Shown: positions 9,152 through 17,812, numbered from the stretch's first letter. The stretch is DNA of 32,000 nt from Promethearchaeum syntrophicum (GCF_008000775.2 NZ_CP042905.2:1410001-1442000); one strand, 5' to 3'. Notes: a model not told the origin generated them from the sequence alone. Numbers and translations: made by a program.

Positions 9152-9736
9152 TTGAATATAAAAAAAATTAAAAAGTTTTCATATGTTTTTGGTATTATCT
9201 TAATAAATATCATTTCCATCTCTTTACTTATAGTTTATATAGAAAAACCAGTAGAAGTATGGAAAATCGAACATCAAGATCCTTCAACCAATTATCAAAA
9301 AGGTTCTTTCTTAAATTATTCAGGTGTTATTCGTCTAGAAATTTCAAATGACACTACCTTAGGGGAATATATTTCAATTTCAAAAAAAGTCAATAGATGG
9401 AACAAATTTTTAGAATTTTTACTATATGTAAATTTTTCGAATAGCATAATGAATCCCATAATTAATTTCCACAACTGTTATATTTATTTAAATGAAGGAA
9501 AACCACATTTTCGATCAATAAATGACACTTTTCATCAAATTTATAATAAGGATATAAGTGGTTATTGGGTTAATTGTAAATTTACATGGAATTTTACTCA
9601 TTTTAACACGTTTTTTGATGATTATTATTCAGGTACTTTTCAATTAGCAACACCCGGGGTTCTTAGTTTAACTATTTCATTGATATCTACTGCTGCATTA
9701 AATAATCCTTATATGCTTATTAAAGAAATTCTATAA
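9152..9736 (+). CDS. Signal-anchored (N-terminal TM) extracytoplasmic protein of unknown function, sequon-rich
   Basis: 194 aa. Basic N-terminus plus one hydrophobic helix (FSYVFGIILINIISISLLIVYI), with the rest non-hydrophobic. It has at least five N-X-S/T sequons (NYS, NDT, NFS, NDT, NFT). It apparently starts at TTG because there is no in-frame ATG near the 5' end. It ends 25 nt before the next gene. Confidence 0.55.
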   Translation: MNIKKIKKFSYVFGIILINIISISLLIVYIEKPVEVWKIEHQDPSTNYQKGSFLNYSGVIRLEISNDTTLGEYISISKKVNRWNKFLEFLLYVNFSNSIMNPIINFHNCYIYLNEGKPHFRSINDTFHQIYNKDISGYWVNCKFTWNFTHFNTFFDDYYSGTFQLATPGVLSLTISLISTAALNNPYMLIKEIL

Positions 9737-9761
9737 AAATATAATAATGTGAAGAGAAAAC

Positions 9762-11774
9762 ATGATTTTAATATTAAACATAATATTCTTTCTTTGTTGG
9801 TTCTTGTTTTCTATTAGTCCGGGGATTATTTTATTTCATTCGCTTTATCACAATGTTGAGAGAATAAAGATTACTTACTTACCATGGTATTTTTCATTAG
9901 GGGTCTTAATTACAACGCTTTTAACTTTATTAATATATCTAATTGGTTTTTATAGTATCTTTGGAATTGTATTATTAATAATTATATTTGATTTTACGAT
10001 TTTGATTTTAGATTATAGAAAGAAAGGGGCAGATTTCTCCAATAATCCATTGAAATTTTGGATAAATAAATACTTTAAATTTGAGAAGAAATTTGATAAT
10101 CAAAAATTAAAGCTGATAAATAGAAATTCTATTTTATCAGGGTTTTTATTTATCTCTGTTTTAGGAGCAATATTTTTTATTATATTAAAATCTAAATACC
10201 CTCAACTTGATACATGGTATTATTATCATATGATTATGGATTTAATGAATTTAAAAATCGATATAATCAAAAATTTTCAAATCTATGTTGATTCCATTTT
10301 AAACTCAAACTATATATCATTTTACTTATTAATGATATTATCACCATTTTCATATAATTTTCATATTATAATTCTGACATATATTTTTCCATTTATTCAA
10401 ATTTTTTTATTAATGTTAGTGATTAAATATATTTGTAATAAAATTTTGAGAATTAAACCTTATTTATCGTATTTAATCTTCTCTGCTAGTGGTTTTTTAA
10501 TAACATGGATGAGTTTTACTTTACCCTCATCAATTTGTATTATAGCTCTTTTACTTTTTATTATCGAAAAATATTATAAAGATTTTGGTGATAAAAAACT
10601 AGTTATATTAAATTTATTTTTAATATTTTTATTTCACAGACCAACATTTTTTATCTTAACTATTGTATTTCTTTTATTTGAAAGCAAAAATATTGTAAAA
10701 ATGATTAGAAAAAATAAGAAAAATTTAAAGATCTTTTATTTAATAATTTTTTCATCTATAATTACATGTATATTATTGCAAATTTACTTTCAGACTTTCA
10801 CTTTGCTATTTTCACGAATTGGTGGAACATTATCGGAAGAGAAACAGGCTGTATTGATTCCTCCAACATTTAGTGAATGGGTTTTGAAGATGTCAGGTGG
10901 ACCAATTATTTTCATTTTTAGTATACTTTATCTTGTTTTTATTTTGATTGAAAAAAAGAAGCATCTTGAATCAAAAATAAGATTTTTAAATTTTCTTTAT
11001 TTTTATATGATTTTTCTAATTATTATTTGTATTTTTAATCCTACGTGGGCGCTGATATCAACTCTTCCTTATAATTACTATAGATACTTTATTTATATAG
11101 AATTATTTATGCTCATAATTGCCCCACAATCAATATATTATTTTTTTAATATGTTGAGAAACTTCGATTTTAAAAGAAAAAATTCATGGAGAAAAATAAA
11201 GAATTATACAATGATATTGATTATTTTTCAGATATTGACCATTTCCATTTTTCATTTCTCAAATAATTATAACTTTAATTATTATAATACATTTACACGT
11301 GAGAACCGTATTAAAGCATGTGAGTGGTTAAGAGATAATACAGAAGAAGATTCCATCTATTTAATAATCCCAAATCGACAAATTGTTTGGGAACATCGAT
11401 ATTTTCGTGCAATTTTATATGATCGACATATAGTTAATTATAATGATTATTATTATACATTTGGGAATCAAGATAAAAATTCAACAGATTTTCTCGATAA
11501 TTTTAAATCATTTTTGATAAATGGCACTAAGTTTCTAATCTCGACTGGTATAACATTAATAGAAAATAGTTCGATGACAACTGATTCAATAAACTATCTT
11601 ATGTTAGATTCAATTTCAGATTATCATTTGTATTCTATTCTACTTAATGATACTGATTTTACTATGATTCAATCTTTCCCAACTGTTGAAACACTGAATC
11701 GGAATTTTGATGATAGACTTTACATCTATTTTAACATTACAATATTTGCATTCAGAGAGAAATTAGCTTTGTAA
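9762..11774 (+). CDS. Large polytopic membrane protein, GT-C-fold-like glycosyltransferase candidate (paralog A)
   Basis: 670 aa. Layout: N-terminal 3-helix module, K/N-rich linker, a TM helix followed by the acidic/aromatic loop LDTWYYYHM (Asp at nt 10209), many further helices, and a C-terminal ~190-aa soluble domain. It is clearly paralogous to the ORF at 31111-32000 (SGGPIIFIFSILY vs LSGPLIFIFGITY; ILYDR in both). The CDS is near-certain; the function is tentative. Confidence 0.55.
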   Translation: MILILNIIFFLCWFLFSISPGIILFHSLYHNVERIKITYLPWYFSLGVLITTLLTLLIYLIGFYSIFGIVLLIIIFDFTILILDYRKKGADFSNNPLKFWINKYFKFEKKFDNQKLKLINRNSILSGFLFISVLGAIFFIILKSKYPQLDTWYYYHMIMDLMNLKIDIIKNFQIYVDSILNSNYISFYLLMILSPFSYNFHIIILTYIFPFIQIFLLMLVIKYICNKILRIKPYLSYLIFSASGFLITWMSFTLPSSICIIALLLFIIEKYYKDFGDKKLVILNLFLIFLFHRPTFFILTIVFLLFESKNIVKMIRKNKKNLKIFYLIIFSSIITCILLQIYFQTFTLLFSRIGGTLSEEKQAVLIPPTFSEWVLKMSGGPIIFIFSILYLVFILIEKKKHLESKIRFLNFLYFYMIFLIIICIFNPTWALISTLPYNYYRYFIYIELFMLIIAPQSIYYFFNMLRNFDFKRKNSWRKIKNYTMILIIFQILTISIFHFSNNYNFNYYNTFTRENRIKACEWLRDNTEEDSIYLIIPNRQIVWEHRYFRAILYDRHIVNYNDYYYTFGNQDKNSTDFLDNFKSFLINGTKFLISTGITLIENSSMTTDSINYLMLDSISDYHLYSILLNDTDFTMIQSFPTVETLNRNFDDRLYIYFNITIFAFREKLAL

Positions 11775-11890
11775 CTAATAACCTATAATGATGAAATTGC
11801 ATTCAGATGTAGCTATGTGTATCTTCTTAATCGATTAATAAAAAGAAAAGTGTCTCAGATATAAACTAAAATTATTAATTAATATTGAAG

Positions 11891-12220
11891 AGGAAGTTAA
11901 TTGCGGAGGAAAGAAATATAATGAATTGGATAATTTTCTTATTCAATGAAAGTATAGATATATGGTTTTTATAACCCTAATTATCCAAGGAATAGAATAT
12001 TGATAAAAGGATTATAAAATGATGGTGTTAAAATATATGAAATTAATGAACCATTTAAACAATACTATAAACTTAGCTTGCAAAATTTAAAGAACTTATT
12101 ATGGGTTACTTTTAAAATAATAAAAAAATCATTTAATCTTCCAAAAGTTGATTATATTATCATTTTATATCCTGGTTTTAATTCATTTTTTTTAGCAAAA
12201 TTCATTTCTAAATATAAATT
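11891..12220. repeat. Direct repeat copy A (about 330 bp): duplicate of the upstream region plus first ~90 codons of the GT gene at 14978
   Basis: Aligns without indels to 14923-15252 at a constant offset of 3032 nt. By eye it is roughly 80-85% identical. It includes a 43-nt perfect match (12120-12162 = 15152-15194). Confidence 0.85.
11946..12220 (+). pseudogene. Truncated, nonsense-containing fragment of a GT1/GT4-type glycosyltransferase gene (copy of the 5' end of 14978..16117)
   Basis: In frame from the ATG at 11946 it reads MKV*IYGFYNPNYPRNRILIKGL*NDGVKIYEINEP...KKSFNLPKVDYIIILYPGFNSFFLAKF. The intact gene reads MKVCLFGFYNPNYPRNRILVKGLYNNGVELYEINEP...KKSFNLPKVDYIINLYPGFNSFFLAKF. There are two in-frame stops (codons 4 and 24), and homology ends after about 90 codons. 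The track ORF 12078..12278 is the tail of this fragment. Confidence 0.8.
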
Positions 12221-12384
12221 ATTATCAAAATGTCAATTAAATAAATTTCATAAAAACGTGAAAGCTACGAATATTTAAAAATACAAACAAAGTGTTTGGG
12301 ATAATTTGGCAAAATATTTTTATTTCAAATTGCTAGATTCTTTAAATTAATTAATACGAAAAAATTCTATTATTATGGAATATA

Positions 12385-14667
12385 TTGAAAAAGAAAAAAA
12401 AAAAAATTTTTACACTGATTATTGTTATCATATTTTTAACTATATCTAAAGAATTTCCTAGAATACTACCAGAAATGGAAAATTTTCAAGGAAAAGAAAA
12501 TTCAAAAATTCAAAATAACTACGAAAATCAAGATATTTTAACTAATTCAATAAAAAGATTAATTTATTATCAAAACGCAACAGTAGATCTATCATATTAT
12601 TATTATCCGAGTGATAATTTTATTTGGGATCAAGAAGAAAACGCCTTTTATTCAGAATCAAGTGATTTACAGTTTGAAAACCAGTTACCTTTCACAGATT
12701 ATGGTTTTGAACTTAATATTATAGCTTGTAAGAAATTACTGTCATCTAATGCATCAATTTCTTTTTATGATTATTTTAAGAGAAATGTTTATTTTTCAAT
12801 TTTTTTTTCTCAAATTATGAGAATTGAAGCAAATTCAGAAAAATGTTCTAAATCTTTTACGATACTTTATGATTTAAACAGTGATTATGTCCAAATTCGG
12901 ATTAACTTTCATGATTCTTTGTTAAATGTTTGGATTGAAGGAGAAAAATATGGGCAATTCGAACTTATCGATTTTGCAGCAAACCAATTAAATACTCTTA
13001 ATATTTCAGCCAATCTTTCAATTAATGCCATGAATATTTATAGTTACATTAATGATTGCCAAGAGCAATCAAACCCAATATATAATTATGATGTATTGGT
13101 TAATGATTTTTTGATCAAAAATGCATATCAATCACTTAATTTTCAGAATGAGGATGGATCTTTTAAAGATGGATTTGATGCATATAATAAATCTGGTTAT
13201 TCAATTTCAATCACATCTATGGAAATAATAAAAAGTTACTATGCCTTTCTCATAACTCATGATAATTTCTTGTTAGAATCTGTGAATAAATCTGTTAATT
13301 ATCTAACTAATAAATCATTCTTAATTAATACCTCATTTGGTCTTTCTTATGGGGAAGGAACATCTTTAATCAATGATTTAGCTAGACCATTAATTGGTTT
13401 AGTCTATATTGGTATCTTTGAGGATCGTTTAGGTTATAATAATTTTCCTAACTTGGTTCCTTTCTTAGATGATATTGTTCAGTCAATTATTTATAACGAA
13501 ACAATGGCAAGTATTTTAAATGTAAATGAATGGAATTCTCAAAACTGCATTAATCAACAATTTCAAGCATCTACAGTAATTTATTTATGGGCTATGACAC
13601 GAAATTTCACGAATGTTCATGAAAATCATAGAAAACTGATTCATAACTTTTTAGTGCAATCCCAAAATGATGATGGCTCTTGGAACTATTTTGCAAATTA
13701 TATTGGTTATGAAAAAAAACCTCTATCTTTTGTTTACAATATTCATATTTTGTTTTCATTTACAATGATAAAGTTTTTCTTTCCAAATGATCCTATTTTC
13801 TCTAATTCTACAATATTAGCGTCAATTAATCAGTTTATACAATGGATAGAGTACTTACTCCCCAGTTTTGCATATAATACGAACTATTATGGGGATATAA
13901 AACTAAATATTGATTATAATTATGAAAAAGAATTCCATCATATCCTTGGATTTGCAGGAATTCGTTTTTTTGACGAATTCTTAAATAATAAAAGCATGAA
14001 AAATTTACCATTTCAGATGTTTTATGATAATTTCTTGATAAAACCTGAAACTGTCGATTATCGTGAAGGGATATTAAGTAGTAATTCACTTATTGATGCT
14101 CTTTCTTATCGAATGTTTTTATTCTTCAATTCTACAGAACTATATGAAATACATATAAGTGATGCAGATAGAGATGCTGATGGCGATGGACTCTTGGATG
14201 GTGATGAAGTTTCTCTATATTATACTTCCCCCTTCTTAAATGATACCGATGGTGATGGGCTCTTGGATGGTGATGAAGTTTTTTTATATTATACTTTGCC
14301 CCTCTTAAATGATACTGATGGTGATGGGCTTTTGGATGGTGATGAAGTTTTTCTATATTATACTTTACCCCTCTTAAATGATACTGATGGTGATGGACTT
14401 TTGGATGGTGAAGAAGTTTTATTATACTTTACTTCTCCTCTCTTAAACGATACCGATGGTGATGGGCTTTTGGATGGTGATGAAGTTTTAATATATAAAA
14501 CAAATCCTTGTATTAAAGAAAGCTTTGGAACATTATTTCTAATCTTTTTAAAAGAATCTTGGCAAAGTATGATAATCATTTCGGTATATTTGTCATTAAG
14601 CCTATTTGTTCTCACTAATAAAAACCTAAGTGAAAAATTGAAATTAAGAAAAAATTTCACTTATTAG
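12385..14667 (+). CDS. Secreted, C-terminally membrane-anchored surface protein: signal peptide, unknown N-domain, probable alpha/alpha-toroid (prenyltransferase/SQHop-cyclase-like repeat) region, 5 TSP3/EF-hand-type Ca-binding repeats, TM anchor
   Basis: 760 aa. N-terminus KKKKKKIFTLIIVIIFLTIS resembles a signal peptide. QNEDGSFKDGF and QSQNDDGSWNYF resemble the QxxDG(S/G)W repeat of prenyltransferase/terpene-cyclase-like toroids. Five copies of DTDGDGLLDGDEVxLYYTxPLLN follow. The C-terminal helix SMIIISVYLSLSLFVLT is followed by a basic tail. The start is TTG at 12385 (see the poly-A finding). Confidence 0.7.
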   Translation: MKKKKKKIFTLIIVIIFLTISKEFPRILPEMENFQGKENSKIQNNYENQDILTNSIKRLIYYQNATVDLSYYYYPSDNFIWDQEENAFYSESSDLQFENQLPFTDYGFELNIIACKKLLSSNASISFYDYFKRNVYFSIFFSQIMRIEANSEKCSKSFTILYDLNSDYVQIRINFHDSLLNVWIEGEKYGQFELIDFAANQLNTLNISANLSINAMNIYSYINDCQEQSNPIYNYDVLVNDFLIKNAYQSLNFQNEDGSFKDGFDAYNKSGYSISITSMEIIKSYYAFLITHDNFLLESVNKSVNYLTNKSFLINTSFGLSYGEGTSLINDLARPLIGLVYIGIFEDRLGYNNFPNLVPFLDDIVQSIIYNETMASILNVNEWNSQNCINQQFQASTVIYLWAMTRNFTNVHENHRKLIHNFLVQSQNDDGSWNYFANYIGYEKKPLSFVYNIHILFSFTMIKFFFPNDPIFSNSTILASINQFIQWIEYLLPSFAYNTNYYGDIKLNIDYNYEKEFHHILGFAGIRFFDEFLNNKSMKNLPFQMFYDNFLIKPETVDYREGILSSNSLIDALSYRMFLFFNSTELYEIHISDADRDADGDGLLDGDEVSLYYTSPFLNDTDGDGLLDGDEVFLYYTLPLLNDTDGDGLLDGDEVFLYYTLPLLNDTDGDGLLDGEEVLLYFTSPLLNDTDGDGLLDGDEVLIYKTNPCIKESFGTLFLIFLKESWQSMIIISVYLSLSLFVLTNKNLSEKLKLRKNFTY
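14161..14508 (+). repeat. Tandem repeat, 5 copies of a 69-bp (23-codon) unit inside the surface-protein CDS
   Basis: The GATGG(T/C)GATGG core recurs at 14179, 14248, 14317, 14386 and 14455, an exact 69-nt period. Copies 2 and 3 differ at only 4 of 69 positions. Each unit encodes D-T-D-G-D-G-L-L-D-G-D-E, a perfect EF-hand-loop/TSP type-3 pattern. Confidence 0.95.
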
Positions 14668-14678
14668 ATTTAAGGATG

Positions 14679-14686
14679 TTTTTTTT
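14679..14686 (+). terminator. Oligo-T tract (T8), putative archaeal-type transcription terminator
   Basis: A run of 8 T begins 12 nt after the stop codon at 14665-14667. Oligo-T tracts act as terminators in archaea. AT-rich background limits confidence. Confidence 0.3.
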
Positions 14687-14922
14687 GAAATTCTTTCTAA
14701 TAATTTCTTGATTATCTTTTCTCTTAAAACCTGCAACCCTTTATAACAAAAACTTAAAAAAGAACCATATTAAAATAATTTTTATATAATAAAATTACAA
14801 AATAAACCTTTAGTTCTCAAAAAAGTATATTGTTTTCCTATTTTTTTATTCTTAGTTATTTGCATGTTCTGTACTGAAAAATAATTAGCTAGTAATCTTA
14901 GATATTTGATAAAGTTATTAAA

Positions 14923-15252
14923 AGATAGTTAAGGGGGAGTAAAAAAAATTTAATGATATCAATAATTATCTCATTCAATGAAAGTTTGCTTATTTGGTTT
15001 TTATAATCCAAATTATCCAAGGAATAGAATATTGGTAAAAGGGTTATATAATAATGGAGTTGAATTATATGAAATAAATGAACCATTAAAACCAAACTAT
15101 ATACTTACCTTCCACAATTTAAAGAGCCTATTATTTGCTACATTTAAATTGATAAAAAAATCATTTAATCTTCCAAAAGTTGATTATATTATCAATTTAT
15201 ATCCTGGTTTTAATTCATTCTTTTTAGCAAAATTTTTTTCTAAATATATCTT
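14923..15252. repeat. Direct repeat copy B (about 330 bp): native upstream region plus 5' end of the intact GT gene
   Basis: Partner of 11891-12220 (see copy A). Confidence 0.85.
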
Positions 15253-16117
15253 CCATACTCCTTTAGTTTATGATCCTTTTATATCTCTCTATAATACTTG
15301 GGTAAATGACTATAAAATTCTAAATAGAGATTCTATTTCTTCAGTTTTATTAAGGGTTTTTGAGAAAATTACATTTGATAAATCAGATATACTATTAGCT
15401 GATACATATCATCATAAATATTATTTTTCAGAAGAATATAAAATACCACTTTCAAAGATTTTTAATATTTTTATTGGGGCTGATTCTCAAAAATTTTTTC
15501 CAATAGATCCAAAGAATTTTGCTCTTAATGAAAAATTTTCTAAGAATAAAGGAAAATTTATTGTAAGCTTTATTGGGGGTTTTATTCCACTTCAAGGTAT
15601 AGATTTTATATTAGATGCTGCGAGGATCTTAAATCCTTATAAAGATATTATATTTGAAATAATTGGGGGAATAAAAGGAAATTTACTATTTGAAAAAGCG
15701 AAAAAATTTAAAAAAATACATCAATTGAATAATATAATTTTTTATAATTTTCAACCTCTTGATGAGTTAAAATATTTCATAAATCGTTCAGATATACAAT
15801 TAGGAATCTTTGGAGAATCCTTTAAATCAAAGATTGTAATACCAAATAAGGTATTTCAGGCAATTGCATGTAAAAAAACAGTAATAACTGCAAAAACTCC
15901 CGCTATAAAAGAACTTTTTACTGATGGTAAAGATATAATTCTATCTAAACCAAAATCTGGAAAATCTCTTGCATCAAAAATTTTATTTCTTTATGAAAAT
16001 CAAAATTTAAGATTAAAAATTGCACAGAATGGTTTTTATACATATAAAAACCTTTTAACACCTAAAATTCTAGGATTGAATTTTAAATTTTTTCTGGAGT
16101 CTAATTTAAATGCATAA
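14978..16117 (+). CDS. GT-B fold glycosyltransferase (GT1/GT4-like)
   Basis: 379 aa. N-terminal beta-strand start MKVCLFGFYNPNYPRNRILVKGL. The C-terminal half has FIGGFIPLQGIDFILDAA and IPNKVFQAIACKKTVITAKTPAIKELF, typical of the Glycos_transf_1 donor-binding domain. The stop overlaps the start of the next gene (ATGCATAA, 16110-16117). Confidence 0.7.
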   Translation: MKVCLFGFYNPNYPRNRILVKGLYNNGVELYEINEPLKPNYILTFHNLKSLLFATFKLIKKSFNLPKVDYIINLYPGFNSFFLAKFFSKYIFHTPLVYDPFISLYNTWVNDYKILNRDSISSVLLRVFEKITFDKSDILLADTYHHKYYFSEEYKIPLSKIFNIFIGADSQKFFPIDPKNFALNEKFSKNKGKFIVSFIGGFIPLQGIDFILDAARILNPYKDIIFEIIGGIKGNLLFEKAKKFKKIHQLNNIIFYNFQPLDELKYFINRSDIQLGIFGESFKSKIVIPNKVFQAIACKKTVITAKTPAIKELFTDGKDIILSKPKSGKSLASKILFLYENQNLRLKIAQNGFYTYKNLLTPKILGLNFKFFLESNLNA

Positions 16118-17627
16118 CCATGTGTCTTCCTCATCTAAGAATAATAGTCTATATAAATCAGTTATTGTGATCACAAGTTCTAAAATTATAACTCAACTGA
16201 TTTATTTCTTAGGAAGATATGTACTTCTCATAAATTGGATGAATGAAGAAAGCAATGTAGATTTCATTATCTTTTTTCGATATAGTGAAATTTTTTATGC
16301 ATTTATTTTAATTGCTCCTATTGTAATTCCTAAATTTCTAAATGAGGAAAAAAAAGAGGAATTTGAGAAAATAATTTCTCCATCTCTCTCAATTTTTCTA
16401 ATCAATTTATTAGTAATTATTCTAGCAATTGTAATTTTTGCTTTTTTTTTAAAATCCCAGATTCCTCAAAATTATTTGATATATTCTATCTCTTTATGTT
16501 TTTCGACAGTAAGTTTGGGATTAATGAAATATTTTGAGAGTATTTTATATGGTTTTAGAAAAAATAAAGAGATAATTGCATTAAATATTGGATTAACTTT
16601 GGGTTTCTTATTATCAATTATGATTTTTCATTATTTTTTTATTCTTTCTTTATCTGAAGCCATTATATCATATATAATTGCTAATTTTATTGCTATGATA
16701 ATAGGCTATATATTTTTAATCAAAATCAAAAAAAAATTAAAAGCAAAAATTTCATATTTTCACTTTAAAAAACAAAAACAAGATTATAGAGACTTAATAA
16801 TTCTTGCATCACCAATTATGTTAAGCGGATTAGCTTATATTATTAATTTTAGAATAAGTACTCTGTTTTTACAAGATTTTCCTGATGAATATGTTATTTT
16901 TTTTGAAATATCTTCAAGTTTAATAATATATATAATTGGATTTTTAGGTATTCCAATTCATGATGCAGTTTTTCCTTACCTAAGTTACTCTTATAAGGAA
17001 AAGAATTTTAAAAATATCAAGGAGATTTATTTTTCTACACTTTTTATAATTAGCTCAACATTATTAGTAGCTTTAATAATTTTTTTTTCTTATATTGAAT
17101 TTTTTGTTTTAATTATTTATCCTGAATATCAAAATGATCTTTTTTACAACTCTTTTAGAATTTTAATTATTGGGGGCTATTTCTATGTTTTAAATCAATT
17201 TATTGCAAGATATCCTGTTGCAGACGGAAATTCCAAAATACTCTTTTATAATCAAATAGTTGGTGCATCTGTAAATATTATTTTTATTATTTTCTCCACC
17301 TCTTTTAACGATTATAATTTCTTGCTTTGGGGTTTCACTATTTCTAATATAACAATGTTCATCGTTTATTTTATTGATTTTTGTAAAGTTTCCTCCATCT
17401 CATTAAAGAATTCTAAAATTTTGGAATTGTCTATCAGTTTTTTTAGTCCATTATTTATATTTTATCTTCTTAAAACAGTGAATATCAATCAAATTCTAAG
17501 CGGGATTATTGTTATATCGTTATATTTTGCCTTGTTAGTTTTATTTAAGATACTAAGAATTCATCAAATAAAAGAAATATTTTCAGTTTTCCTGTTTTCT
17601 AAAAATAAAAGTAAAGAAAAAAAATAA
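16110..17627 (+). CDS. Second Wzx-like flippase (MOP superfamily polysaccharide biosynthesis protein)
   Basis: 505 aa, about 12-14 hydrophobic helices by eye, with Wzx-like size and N-terminal region. There is an 8-nt overlap with the upstream GT gene, suggesting co-translation. Confidence 0.55.
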   Translation: MHNHVSSSSKNNSLYKSVIVITSSKIITQLIYFLGRYVLLINWMNEESNVDFIIFFRYSEIFYAFILIAPIVIPKFLNEEKKEEFEKIISPSLSIFLINLLVIILAIVIFAFFLKSQIPQNYLIYSISLCFSTVSLGLMKYFESILYGFRKNKEIIALNIGLTLGFLLSIMIFHYFFILSLSEAIISYIIANFIAMIIGYIFLIKIKKKLKAKISYFHFKKQKQDYRDLIILASPIMLSGLAYIINFRISTLFLQDFPDEYVIFFEISSSLIIYIIGFLGIPIHDAVFPYLSYSYKEKNFKNIKEIYFSTLFIISSTLLVALIIFFSYIEFFVLIIYPEYQNDLFYNSFRILIIGGYFYVLNQFIARYPVADGNSKILFYNQIVGASVNIIFIIFSTSFNDYNFLLWGFTISNITMFIVYFIDFCKVSSISLKNSKILELSISFFSPLFIFYLLKTVNINQILSGIIVISLYFALLVLFKILRIHQIKEIFSVFLFSKNKSKEKK

Positions 17628-17812
17628 TTGTTATTTATCATATCTTTCTAATTAAAAAATTGATTTATGTGCTATTGAGTGTTATCTTATAGATATTTAG
17701 TATTTTTTGATATGATTAATTCCCTTCCTGCTTTACTATATATTTATTCGGCTCCGAAAGTTATAATAGAAAAAATATTTAATGGAAGAAAATTTGGAAA
17801 AATAGAAAGAAG

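Noticed and set aside
12078-12278. 66-aa ORF from the track as an independent gene
   Set aside because: Its sequence (..LKNLLWVTFKIIKKSFNLPKVDYIIILYPGFNSFFLAKF..) is the in-frame tail of the degraded glycosyltransferase 5' fragment starting at 11946. It is treated as part of a pseudogene, not as a gene.
14161-14508. CRISPR array
   Set aside because: The repeats are contiguous 69-bp units with no unique spacers and lie in frame within a long CDS. This is a coding tandem repeat.
14358-14660. 100-aa minus-strand ORF with repeated SPSKSPSPSVSFKRGEV
   Set aside because: It is the antisense shadow of the 69-bp TSP3 tandem repeats in the 760-aa gene. Its repetitiveness is inherited from the sense strand.
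14953-15006. 17-codon upstream ORF (MISIIISFNESLLIWFL) preceded by GGGGGAG, with a counterpart at 11921-11974 (MNWIIFLFNESIDIWFL) preceded by GGAGGA, overlapping the GT start in another frame
   Set aside because: The apparent conservation is fully explained by both copies lying inside the 330-bp segmental duplication. There is no independent evidence for a leader peptide. It is worth re-examining only if orthologous loci conserve it.
14898-15095. 65-aa minus-strand ORF overlapping the GT gene start
   Set aside because: It overlaps the promoter and 5' end of the intact glycosyltransferase gene in antisense. It has no supporting features.
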